From contig JBGQBI010000002.1 of assembly GCA_041494705.1 (NCBI GenBank), forward strand, positions 360,001 to 392,000: a stretch of 32,000 nucleotides of DNA, written 5' to 3'. Position 1 is the first letter of the stretch; each line of letters starts with the position of its first letter. Shown piece after piece: positions 16,958 through 25,471 of the stretch. Both the position numbers and the translations under genes were made by a program. A model generated the notes under the pieces. The model was given only the letters and a program-made list of their open reading frames with translations, made no database searches and was not told where the DNA came from. The stretch comes from Candidatus Methanoperedens sp. (GTDB taxonomy: Archaea; Halobacteriota; Methanosarcinia; Methanosarcinales; Methanoperedenaceae).

Positions 16958-17731
16958 TTATGCCTCCGTCTTTGGAATCAATCCGGTTCCGACTACCGCC
17001 GCCGCATCATTATAGACCTCATCCCAGAATTTCTTGTAGAAGATGAGCCACAGGATTACTCCGATAACCAATGTGACTGCGCCCATTATTCCAAGAGTCA
17101 TGATTGCAGCTATACCCATCAATGCCATGGTGATCGCTCCGGTTGAGCCTGCAAGATACAGCAATCGTTTCTGTTTCTCATCAGGTCCAAGGCAGGCGTT
17201 GAATGGATGAAGCATTGCTACCGCCCCGACCCAGAACACCGCAAGGATTACGCCGTTATCGAAAACCTTTGGGATTAAACTGCCTACGAAATCATAATTC
17301 CCGGCTACTGATGCGCTAAAACCGATAATGATTAAAGCGCCTGCCGCTGCTATTTCAGTCATGCACCGGATCATTACCGGGATTTTCATTTTTATTACAT
17401 GCTGGGCAAACCAGCCTATTATGAATCCGATAATCGATGCCGTTATCAGTGCCAGGATAGGACCTGCAAGCGGCATTGATTTTACCATCGCAAGACCGAA
17501 CATGGCTGCAATGATGCCCATACCCATGGCTATCTGACCTATAGAAGGCACGCCTGTTCCCAGACCGTACTTAGCAACGCGTCTTACTGCTTCAGCACTC
17601 CATATAACCGCGCATATTGCTCCAAGCGCCCCTGCAGTTGGGAAATAAGGAGAGAGGTATATTCCAACCAGTCCTCCGATTATTCCGAATAACAGCAGGT
17701 TAATAGGGGTTATTTCTTTAACATCGCTCAT
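16958..17731 (-). CDS. mtrC: Tetrahydromethanopterin S-methyltransferase subunit C
   Basis: 257-aa polytopic membrane protein in the canonical position. ATGA overlap with the mtrD stop. Confidence 0.9.
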   Translation of the reverse strand: MSDVKEITPINLLLFGIIGGLVGIYLSPYFPTAGALGAICAVIWSAEAVRRVAKYGLGTGVPSIGQIAMGMGIIAAMFGLAMVKSMPLAGPILALITASIIGFIIGWFAQHVIKMKIPVMIRCMTEIAAAGALIIIGFSASVAGNYDFVGSLIPKVFDNGVILAVFWVGAVAMLHPFNACLGPDEKQKRLLYLAGSTGAITMALMGIAAIMTLGIMGAVTLVIGVILWLIFYKKFWDEVYNDAAAVVGTGLIPKTEA

Positions 17732-18453
17732 GCTGTCATCCCTCCGGCAATTAATATTGCGATAATGCCGCAGAGCATACTCACAACAGCGCTTGTGAAC
17801 ACGTCTTTTGGAACCACTCTTTTGAACTTGGGGTCGTGGACTCCTTCGATTGTGCCGCCCACACCGTAGGACGGGATAACTGAATTAACATAGAAAACAC
17901 CCATTGTAAATACGCCTGCTACTGCTGCTGCGTGAGTAGTAATCAATGGTGTATAGTACCCCATCAGGACATAATAGATAAGTCCGCCGCCTGCTCCGCC
18001 AAGCGCTGAGCCTACAACGCCGCTTACGAAACAGATGGTCGGGATTCCCTGTCCCTGTGTTCCTTTTGATACATAGTTGTCCTGCCGCTCGCCTGTAATC
18101 GGGTCTTTTTTAACCTGGGCAGAAGCAAAAGGCACAGCCACACCGTATGCGTATATGAAACCGCCTGCAAGCATCGTGCTCGCAAGCATTATTGCGGCGC
18201 CCATTGCCCCGGCTGCCATCACTAAATATACATCAGCCGCGGGTTCATAAGCGTACATGTAACTTGAGGTTATCAGGCCCACAAGTCCCGAGCCTGCCGC
18301 AAGTTCCACAGTTCCGGTACCTATTCCTGTAGCCTGCGCCATTGCTGCAGGCGCGCCGCCCACTGGAATAAAGTGAACAGCAAGACAGATGAGTGTCCCG
18401 CTTAATCCTATCAGAAGGATATCGATAATTGTTGTCGTAGCAAGTAATACCAT
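17728..18453 (-). CDS. mtrD: Tetrahydromethanopterin S-methyltransferase subunit D
   Basis: 241-aa polytopic membrane protein in the canonical position. The start overlaps the mtrE stop by 1 nt (TAATG). Confidence 0.9.
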   Translation of the reverse strand: MVLLATTTIIDILLIGLSGTLICLAVHFIPVGGAPAAMAQATGIGTGTVELAAGSGLVGLITSSYMYAYEPAADVYLVMAAGAMGAAIMLASTMLAGGFIYAYGVAVPFASAQVKKDPITGERQDNYVSKGTQGQGIPTICFVSGVVGSALGGAGGGLIYYVLMGYYTPLITTHAAAVAGVFTMGVFYVNSVIPSYGVGGTIEGVHDPKFKRVVPKDVFTSAVVSMLCGIIAILIAGGMTA

Positions 18454-19355
18454 TATGCTGAAGCCTCCTTTTCGGTTTTATCTTCTTTATATGGGCCGTA
18501 AGCATTCTTCACATTAATCTCTACCAGCCTGTTCATGATTGTCATAACAGCCAGTATAATAAAGCCTACCAGCATTGCTGTCCAGGTATATCCCCAGATG
18601 GTTGTTGGCCAGCTTGAGAAGAACACGGTGAGACCGAGACCGATGCCTGTAGCCGGTCCTCCGAACTTTGCGCAGAACCAGACGTTGTCAAGGCTGTTCC
18701 TCAAGCCCGATTCGGCTCTCCTGACAATGCGCCCGGAAAGCGCCGTATTAAGGCCGCATCCGAATTCACGGTTCTGGAATTCGCGCTCTCCGCCATAGTG
18801 TACGTCGCCGACCGATGAACCTATGGCACCGACGGAAATACCCCATATCAATGCCAGGAATGGGATCGAGAACGGATAGCCGAGTATGGCAAACTGGATA
18901 TATGCTATTGTCACAAGACAGAAATTGACAATAAAATTATGCCCTATGATAGCGGGCGTGGTATATCTCATGATATCCATATACAGCGGCTGTTTGAACC
19001 TGCTCTGGCTCGCTATCCTGCCGGCATATGCGGTTGTTGCGAAAATACCGTATACGATCGCAGCAATGAATGCGCCTATCACTATCGCAGTCAATGGATA
19101 GAATTTAGCGTTCAAGAGTACGTTTGTTACTACACCGCCTGTCACCGCAGAGAGACCGTTGCTTATCGGCTCTCCTGAAATTGCTTTGTTGTATATCCTG
19201 TGCAGAAGATTCATCTGAGGGGCTAATTGCACCTGGGAATTGGGATTGCTCTGGGAACCTACATCGGATTCCAAATCTTCGATGCATCCCGCAATAGTAG
19301 CAAGCGCTCCAAGGAGTGCCAGTATAGCCATGCTCATGGTTAAGTCTAAGACCAT
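18453..19355 (-). CDS. mtrE: Tetrahydromethanopterin S-methyltransferase subunit E
   Basis: EDLESDVGSQSNPNSQVQLAPQM motif near the N-terminus, 300 aa, polytopic. AGGAGG RBS (19370-19365) upstream of the ATG at 19355. Confidence 0.94.
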   Translation of the reverse strand: MVLDLTMSMAILALLGALATIAGCIEDLESDVGSQSNPNSQVQLAPQMNLLHRIYNKAISGEPISNGLSAVTGGVVTNVLLNAKFYPLTAIVIGAFIAAIVYGIFATTAYAGRIASQSRFKQPLYMDIMRYTTPAIIGHNFIVNFCLVTIAYIQFAILGYPFSIPFLALIWGISVGAIGSSVGDVHYGGEREFQNREFGCGLNTALSGRIVRRAESGLRNSLDNVWFCAKFGGPATGIGLGLTVFFSSWPTTIWGYTWTAMLVGFIILAVMTIMNRLVEINVKNAYGPYKEDKTEKEASA

Positions 19356-19395
19356 TTATTTTTTCCTCCTTTATTGAACTGAAATCACCATTAAA

Positions 19396-19408
19396 AAACT
19401 ATCGTGGA
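19396..19408 (-). promoter_or_regulatory. 13-nt motif TCCACGATAGTTT upstream of mtrE (copy 1 of 2)
   Basis: Exact match to 20865-20877. It lies 41-53 nt upstream of the mtrE ATG and is followed at once by the T-rich TTTTTTAAT. Function is unproven. Confidence 0.35.
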
Positions 19409-19619
19409 CTAGTTTTCTAACGAGCTACCTTATTATACATTATAAATCTTTCCTTTTGGAATAACGATTTTTCCTTGGCTAAGTATGATATTGTCTTTTT
19501 GTCTAAACATAGATAAGTTTTCATCACAAAAAGGCTAATTAGTGTACAATTGTATGATTTTTAATCATGCGAAAAGATGCTGGAAAATTAAAAATAATGC
19601 TTAAATGCAGCTTTTTTCT

Positions 19620-20468
19620 TTACCCCAGCGGCCTTGGCTGCTTGTGCCCGGGCAGCACGGGCAACTCGGTGGTATTAACGAGAATGGGCGCATCAATGTC
19701 CTTTGCCCTTTCGATGAGCATCTCCTTACCCTTTTGCGTTATGGCAAACATTGGCACGGAAGTGCCTGCCTGGAGAACAGGTTTTACGAGGTCGCGCACC
19801 ACTTTCGAGGCGCATCCTGTTATAATATCCATTTTCTCTATAAACTCGCGGGCATCCCCGTATTTTAACCCGGTAAGGTGCGCCCCGATAAGGATTAGAT
19901 TGATATTAAGCTCTTTCTCTATTGCGCGAAGTTCCCCAGCATCACGAGGCGCGGTAACACTCACAGCTATATTCTTATACCCGAGTTCATATGCCTTCCT
20001 GAGCCCCATAACTTGGTCGATTATGGCGGTTTCTTTATCAAGTACAACGCCGCCGCGCGATTCAATCCCATCGATAATCTCAGGTATCGGCTCGGTTTCA
20101 ATTAGTCCTGACATCAAAGCCCCCATGCCCTGGACAAGCGACGGGTCGTCTGTTATCACAGTGCCTGCGCCATCGCATACGGTGACCGTGGAATCGATAA
20201 GCCCGCGCCGGAGCGCCGTCATCATTATTTCGCTTGCGCCAAAATTAACGAAAATACCGTAATCAAATCTTCTTTTCGGGGTGAACATCCCGATTTCCCG
20301 TATCCTGTATTCCATATTCTTTTTTGCTTCTTCCCTTGTGAGTTTTGAAACCTGCGCAACTTTGCTGAACACAGGACACCAGTCCGCAATTGGTTCACCC
20401 ACCTCCACCACTTTTCCATCTTTCACCACAACACGAGTTTTTCCGAATAGTTCCATTACATGCGGCAT
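19620..20468 (-). CDS. Putative methanogenesis marker protein 8 (DUF2099 family)
   Basis: I recognise the pattern ELFGKTRVVVKDGKVVEVGEP...TVCDGAGTVITDDPSLVQGMG...GAHLTG as the conserved archaeal DUF2099 / marker-8 family. This is from memory and unverified. The ATG at 20468 sits 1 nt after the upstream stop. The ORF-track start at 20498 is a TTG inside the upstream gene. Confidence 0.62.
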   Translation of the reverse strand: MPHVMELFGKTRVVVKDGKVVEVGEPIADWCPVFSKVAQVSKLTREEAKKNMEYRIREIGMFTPKRRFDYGIFVNFGASEIMMTALRRGLIDSTVTVCDGAGTVITDDPSLVQGMGALMSGLIETEPIPEIIDGIESRGGVVLDKETAIIDQVMGLRKAYELGYKNIAVSVTAPRDAGELRAIEKELNINLILIGAHLTGLKYGDAREFIEKMDIITGCASKVVRDLVKPVLQAGTSVPMFAITQKGKEMLIERAKDIDAPILVNTTELPVLPGHKQPRPLG

Positions 20469-20469
20469 T

Positions 20470-20811
20470 TCAATCACCCACGAACTTATAAAGTTCAAGC
20501 AGTTCAGCGGCTATAACTTTGGAAATGCGGGAGCCAACTACTTCGATGAGGACATCAGCATGTTCTTTCTTTACGCAGTGGAGGCTCTCCATGCCATCAA
20601 AAATCAGGTTGGAAAGATAGTTCAATTCATCATCTGAAAGCTTCATGAGACGTTCCCTGAAATCCCCGGGGGATGTGGAAACATGCTGGCTCACGGGAGG
20701 AAGCACGGACCTGAATTCATGACCTGCATGCCCGCATGTGGTTTCAACAAGCTCAGGCGCAAGTTTCCTTAGAATAAGCATGTCCCTGGGATTCAGCTTT
20801 CGTGCCATCAT
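20470..20811 (-). CDS. Hypothetical 113-aa protein, first gene of a two-gene operon with the marker-8 homologue
   Basis: Intact ORF with an ATG-ATG start at 20811/20808 and no family recognised. An AT-rich TATA-like TAATATATAT (20841-20832) lies about 25 nt upstream, which suggests a leaderless mRNA. Confidence 0.55.
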   Translation of the reverse strand: MMARKLNPRDMLILRKLAPELVETTCGHAGHEFRSVLPPVSQHVSTSPGDFRERLMKLSDDELNYLSNLIFDGMESLHCVKKEHADVLIEVVGSRISKVIAAELLELYKFVGD

Positions 20812-20864
20812 CCATACTAATTTTCTTGCGATATATATTACCTTCGAAAGAAAAATAATACAGG

Positions 20865-20877
20865 AAACTATCGTGGA
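20865..20877 (-). promoter_or_regulatory. 13-nt motif TCCACGATAGTTT upstream of the 113-aa / marker-8 operon (copy 2 of 2)
   Basis: Exact match to 19396-19408. It lies 54-66 nt upstream of the ATG at 20811. Confidence 0.35.
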
Positions 20878-20880
20878 AAT

Positions 20881-21264
20881 TTATTTCTGGAAATACTGGC
20901 CGGCGCTTTCCATGTCAAGTTTTGCCGGGCGCACCAGTTTGAACCATTTATACTCTGCCATGACGATGCATGCCAGGACGCCGAGCTGGCTTGTTTCACG
21001 GATAAGCTCTAAAGAACTATCTGCTATAAATATTCCGAACATTTCATGGAAATCTACTGTGGCAATAATGAGAAATAAGAAACATGCTATGAATATCATC
21101 ATCCAATTATCCATCAGGAACGATTCGTTAAGAAATACTTTGGCTCCCAGCACTTTGCTATCTATTTTCCCACGCATGGCATCTGCAATATTTGCCACAA
21201 GAAATGCGCCTGCAAGTGCTAATATGATGGTGGTGATTTGTATAATGGTCTTCGTGGTTAACAT
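20881..21264 (-). CDS. Hypothetical membrane protein (127 aa, 2-3 TM helices)
   Basis: ATG at 21264 with TATA-like GTATAAAAAC about 20 nt upstream, so possibly leaderless. Hydrophobic segments TIIQITTIILALAGAFLVANI and WMMIFIACFLFLIIATV. Confidence 0.5.
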   Translation of the reverse strand: MLTTKTIIQITTIILALAGAFLVANIADAMRGKIDSKVLGAKVFLNESFLMDNWMMIFIACFLFLIIATVDFHEMFGIFIADSSLELIRETSQLGVLACIVMAEYKWFKLVRPAKLDMESAGQYFQK

Positions 21265-21431
21265 ATCGTTTAAATTAGTTTTTATACAATTCTTATAATG
21301 TGTTATATTTAAAGAGGGTTGTGAAAAATATGTGAATCAAGCTTAACCCATAGTTGATTATTCACTACAGAAATCCAAACCGGTAATTTTATCCATAAAT
21401 ATAAAAGCTTTAACCCAAATTTATAAAATAT

Positions 21432-22133
21432 ATGAATCTTGCACTTATTACCCCCACACCCCCTGAAACAGGAGAACTGGGGCGAGAAATACGGCCGCAA
21501 CCGGATGCTGAGCTAAAAATTATTTCAGAGGGTGAACTGCATGGGAAATCCATCATTTTTACCCATTGCGGCGTTGGCAAAGTTAATGCGGCTCACTCCG
21601 CGACCCTGATGCTTGAAAATTACAATGTGAACTTAATGATACTTTTCGGTATCGGCGGTGGATACAAAGGCGCCAGGATAGGAGATGTCGCGGTTGCGCA
21701 AAGTGAAAACTATGCCGAGGAGGGAATATTGACCGAGGACGGCTGGAAATCCATGGAGTTTATAGGTTTTCCGCTTTTAAAAAATGAAAAAGAATATTTC
21801 AATACTTTCCAGATGGATAGCATACTGTCACAGCTTGCTGTAAAAGCTTCCGTTGACCTCGGATTTAATGCTTCATACGGCAATTTTATTACAGTATCGC
21901 AATGCTCGGGAACCGGGGAAAGCGGAGAGCTCCTGAAGAACCGTTTTGACGGGATATGCGAAAATATGGAAGGGGCCGCAGTGGCACATATTTGCGCCAT
22001 GTACGGGATACCGGTGGTTGAAATACGCGGCATAAGCAATATCATTGAAAAAAGGGAGCCAAAAAAATGGAACATACCGCTTGCAGTTTCAAATTGCAAT
22101 AAAGTCGTAAGCGAACTTGTTAGGAGGATATGA
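21432..22133 (+). CDS. mqnB: Futalosine hydrolase / MTAN-family nucleosidase of the futalosine menaquinone pathway
   Basis: PNP/MTAN-fold motifs HCGVGKVNAAH, FGIGGG and ENMEGAAVAHIC. About 233 aa. ATGA overlap with the following mqnD. Confidence 0.78.
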   Translation: MNLALITPTPPETGELGREIRPQPDAELKIISEGELHGKSIIFTHCGVGKVNAAHSATLMLENYNVNLMILFGIGGGYKGARIGDVAVAQSENYAEEGILTEDGWKSMEFIGFPLLKNEKEYFNTFQMDSILSQLAVKASVDLGFNASYGNFITVSQCSGTGESGELLKNRFDGICENMEGAAVAHICAMYGIPVVEIRGISNIIEKREPKKWNIPLAVSNCNKVVSELVRRI

Positions 22134-22960
22134 TGGGAAAAATCTCTTTAGGCTTTTCCCCGTGCCCCAACGACACATTTATTTTCTATGTTTTAGCCCA
22201 TAAAAAAATTGAAATGGATGTCGAATTTTTTGAAATACTTAGAGATGTTGAAACATTAAACCGGATGGCTTTTCATAATGAACTGGATGTTACCAAAGCG
22301 TCCTTCCATGCTTTTGGTTTTTTAAGAGAGGATTATTGTCTTCTCCATTCGGGAAGCGCACTTGGAAGGGGCTGCGGGCCTTTGATTGTGGCTAAGAAAA
22401 AGATACAATATGCAGAACTGTCGCGAAAAAGCATTGCCATCCCGGGAAAGATGACAACAGCGTACCTGCTCCTTCAGCTATTCAATCCTGAAATAAAGAA
22501 TATCGTTGAAATGCCATTTGACAGGATTATGAACGCGGTCAGCCTGGGAACGGTTGACGCGGGTTTAATCATCCACGAAAGCAGGTTCACGTATCCTTCA
22601 TATAATCTTGTAAAGCTCGTTGATCTCGGGGAATGGTGGGAGGAAGAAACAGGTTTGCCAATACCTCTTGGCGGTATTTTTGCAAAAAGAAAATTAGGCG
22701 CGGCAGCAATCCGCAAAATTGATAGCCTTATTAAAAAAAGCATCGGATATGCGTACCGGAATCCAGAAGAGACGCGTGAATATATCAAAAGCAACGCGCA
22801 GGAACTGGATGATGATGTGATAGACCAGCATATCCGGCTGTATGTGAATGATTATACGCTGGAAATCGGGGATGGTGTTGCAGCGGTTGAAAAACTGTTG
22901 AGATGCGCAGAGAAGTCAGGATTAATCCCGCATTCTGATAAACCGGTTTTTATTGATTAA
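22130..22960 (+). CDS. mqnD: 1,4-dihydroxy-6-naphthoate synthase
   Basis: N-terminal LGFSPCPNDTFIFYVL motif and overall MqnA/MqnD (VitK2 biosynthesis) family pattern. 276 aa. Confidence 0.85.
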   Translation: MMGKISLGFSPCPNDTFIFYVLAHKKIEMDVEFFEILRDVETLNRMAFHNELDVTKASFHAFGFLREDYCLLHSGSALGRGCGPLIVAKKKIQYAELSRKSIAIPGKMTTAYLLLQLFNPEIKNIVEMPFDRIMNAVSLGTVDAGLIIHESRFTYPSYNLVKLVDLGEWWEEETGLPIPLGGIFAKRKLGAAAIRKIDSLIKKSIGYAYRNPEETREYIKSNAQELDDDVIDQHIRLYVNDYTLEIGDGVAAVEKLLRCAEKSGLIPHSDKPVFID

Positions 22961-23283
22961 AGGAAGCTTTTTATCAAATCGTCCCTTGAATCTTTGTTAT
23001 TGCCATCGTTTATCTTGATTATTTTCTGCGCTCTCCTTTTCGCGGGAGGGCATCCCGAACATTCAAAAATAAAATGGATATAACCGGTTTCAGGATTTTC
23101 CACTGTATTCTTATGTTCGTATTCTGTATTGCAGTCCTTGCATATCCCGACTTTCGGAACGATTTCATTGCAATGCTTGCACTTGCATACTATGACCTCT
23201 ATGACTTCATTTTTTGTGTTAATAGCAGATAATTTGTATTCGTCATCTTCGTATTTCAGCTGGGAAGTCATGTTATCATTCAA
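22957..23283 (-). CDS. Hypothetical Cys-rich zinc-ribbon protein (108 aa)
   Basis: CKCKHC...CKDC...CSGC cysteine pairs. The stop shares the palindromic TTAA with the convergent mqnD stop. Confidence 0.5.
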   Translation of the reverse strand: MNDNMTSQLKYEDDEYKLSAINTKNEVIEVIVCKCKHCNEIVPKVGICKDCNTEYEHKNTVENPETGYIHFIFECSGCPPAKRRAQKIIKINDGNNKDSRDDLIKSFL

Positions 23284-23390
23284 CTTAATACCAACAGGAT
23301 ATATTAAAATCTTATGGGTTTATTGCGGTATTGCCAAAGCGCTGCATAACAAAAGGTTTATTCGTTTTTACGTTGTAACATTGTAACGAG

Positions 23391-23561
23391 GTGAAATGTT
23401 TGACCGAACATATTCCATCTAAAATCGATTATCTGCGTGCTCTTGAGAACGCCTGTTTACATTGCGGTGACAAACATAAACCGGATTGCCCTGTGGGGAT
23501 GGCAAAATCGCAAATCAACTGCACAAACGACATAATAACCGAATTTTATAAACACAAATAA
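23391..23561 (+). CDS. Candidate small Cys-containing ORF (56 aa, GTG start), below the ORF-track size cutoff
   Basis: My manual translation is MKCLTEHIPSKIDYLRALENACLHCGDKHKPDCPVGMAKSQINCTNDIITEFYKHK. There is no separate RBS, so it may be non-coding leader sequence of purN. Confidence 0.25.
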   Translation: MKCLTEHIPSKIDYLRALENACLHCGDKHKPDCPVGMAKSQINCTNDIITEFYKHK

Positions 23562-23601
23562 ACCAAAACCTATTATATTCCCGAAGGTATATGGGCGTAT
23601 C

Positions 23602-24210
23602 GTGACGAACATAGCAGTGCTTGTTTCGGGAAGAGGCTCAAACCTCCAGGCTATCATAGACAGTATCGGGAGCGGATATTTGAAAGCGCGGATTTCCGTA
23701 GTGATAAGCGATGTGGGGGATGCGTACGCACTTCTGCGCGCAAAAAAACATGGAATCGATGCTGTTTTTGTCAATCCTGAAAATTTTGCATCAAAGGAAT
23801 TATACGAGAAAGAGATTCTTAAGGTTCTAAAAACGCATGATGCAGAGCTTTTGCTTCTTGCGGGATACATGAGGATACTCGGAAAAACACTGCTTCTCTC
23901 TTACAAGAACCGCATACTTAACATACATCCTGCGCTCCTGCCGGCTTTCACAGGTCTTCATGCGCAGAAACAGGCGTTTGACCATGGCGTGAAAGTAGCA
24001 GGATGCACGGTACATTTTGTGGATGAAACACTTGACGGAGGCCCAATAATATTGCAAAGGTGCGTGGAAGTGAAAGAGAACGACACGCCTGAGACGCTTG
24101 CAGACAGGATACTTGAACAGGAGCACAAGATTTATCCCGAAGCCGTGAAATTGTTTGTCGAAAACCGGCTGCGAATAGAAGGAAAGAAAGTGAAAATTTT
24201 ACCATCATAA
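23602..24210 (+). CDS. purN: Phosphoribosylglycinamide formyltransferase (folate-dependent)
   Basis: [26 protein letters not shown] and [17 protein letters not shown] motifs. GTG start. Confidence 0.9.
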   Translation: MTNIAVLVSGRGSNLQAIIDSIGSGYLKARISVVISDVGDAYALLRAKKHGIDAVFVNPENFASKELYEKEILKVLKTHDAELLLLAGYMRILGKTLLLSYKNRILNIHPALLPAFTGLHAQKQAFDHGVKVAGCTVHFVDETLDGGPIILQRCVEVKENDTPETLADRILEQEHKIYPEAVKLFVENRLRIEGKKVKILPS

Positions 24211-24230
24211 ACACTGGAAAAGGAATTATT

Positions 24231-25466
24231 ATGCCATTAAAAACAATCGACCCTGAAATTTATGAAATAATGAGACATGAAATTGAAAGACAGAGGAATA
24301 AACTTAACCTCATCGCATCAGAGAACTATGCAAGCCGCGCAGTCCTTCAGGCGCAGGGCTCGGTGATGACCAATAAATATGCTGAAGGGTATCCTGGAAA
24401 GCGGTATTACGGCGGATGCGAATTTGTGGACGCAGCCGAGAGCCTTGCGATAGAGCGGGCAAAGAAACTTTTCAAGGCTGAGCATGTCAATGTGCAGCCA
24501 CATTCGGGTTCGCAGGCGAACATGGCTGTCTACCTTGCCATGCTCAAGTGCGGGGATACAATCATGAGCATGGATTTATCTCATGGCGGGCACCTTTCCC
24601 ATGGCAGTCCGGTGAATTTTTCAGGAAAATTGTTCAATATCGTGCCTTACGGTGTTTCAAAAGAAACAAGGACAATAGATTACGATACCCTTTCCGGGCT
24701 TGCCAGAAAACACAAACCAAAACTTATAGTTTCAGGTGCAAGCGCATATCCCCGCGAGCTTGATTTCAAGAGGTTCAGGGAAATAGCCGATGAGGCAGAT
24801 GCTCTTTTACTCGCAGATATCGCTCACATTGCCGGACTGGTCGTAGCAGGCATACATTCTGACCCCGTTCCATACGCTGATTTTGTCACCACTACCACGC
24901 ACAAGACGCTAAGAGGCCCGCGCGGAGGCATGATAATGTGTAAGTCGGAATACGCAAAAGAAATAGATAAAGCAGTATTTCCGGGGATACAGGGAGGTCC
25001 TCTCATGCACGTCATCGCTGCAAAAGCCGTTGCGTTCAAGGAAGCGATGAATAAGGATTTCAATGATTACCAGAGGCAGATAGTGGCAAATGCAAAGAAG
25101 ATAGCATCTGAATTGTTATCAAGGGGTAACGAACTGGTTTCGGGAGGCACGGATAATCACCTCATGCTTGTTGACCTTACATCTTCCGGCATTACAGGCA
25201 AGGATGCCGAGGCAAGGCTTGGCGAAGCCGGGATAATCCTGAACAAGAACACCATACCATTTGAGACAAAAAGTCCTTTTATCACAAGCGGCATAAGGAT
25301 TGGCACGCCCGCAGTTACCACACGGGGTATGAAGGAAAAAGAAATGGTGACTATTGCCTGGGCTATCAATGAAATCCTCCAAAATATGAACGATGCTGAA
25401 AAATCAAAAGAAGTAAAGAGGACTATCCTTGACCTTTGCGGGCAGTTCCCGATTCCATACGAGTGA
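24231..25466 (+). CDS. glyA: Serine hydroxymethyltransferase
   Basis: [18 protein letters not shown], the PLP-lysine region [14 protein letters not shown], and [20 protein letters not shown]. Confidence 0.95.
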   Translation: MPLKTIDPEIYEIMRHEIERQRNKLNLIASENYASRAVLQAQGSVMTNKYAEGYPGKRYYGGCEFVDAAESLAIERAKKLFKAEHVNVQPHSGSQANMAVYLAMLKCGDTIMSMDLSHGGHLSHGSPVNFSGKLFNIVPYGVSKETRTIDYDTLSGLARKHKPKLIVSGASAYPRELDFKRFREIADEADALLLADIAHIAGLVVAGIHSDPVPYADFVTTTTHKTLRGPRGGMIMCKSEYAKEIDKAVFPGIQGGPLMHVIAAKAVAFKEAMNKDFNDYQRQIVANAKKIASELLSRGNELVSGGTDNHLMLVDLTSSGITGKDAEARLGEAGIILNKNTIPFETKSPFITSGIRIGTPAVTTRGMKEKEMVTIAWAINEILQNMNDAEKSKEVKRTILDLCGQFPIPYE

Positions 25467-25471
25467 GGTTT

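Noticed and set aside
14473-19355. Looked for in-frame TAG (pyrrolysine) or TGA (selenocysteine) read-through, frameshifts or gene fusions in the mtr operon and other enzymes.
   Set aside because: All eight mtr genes and the other enzymes are intact single ORFs of expected length with normal stops. There is no sign of recoding or pseudogenisation.
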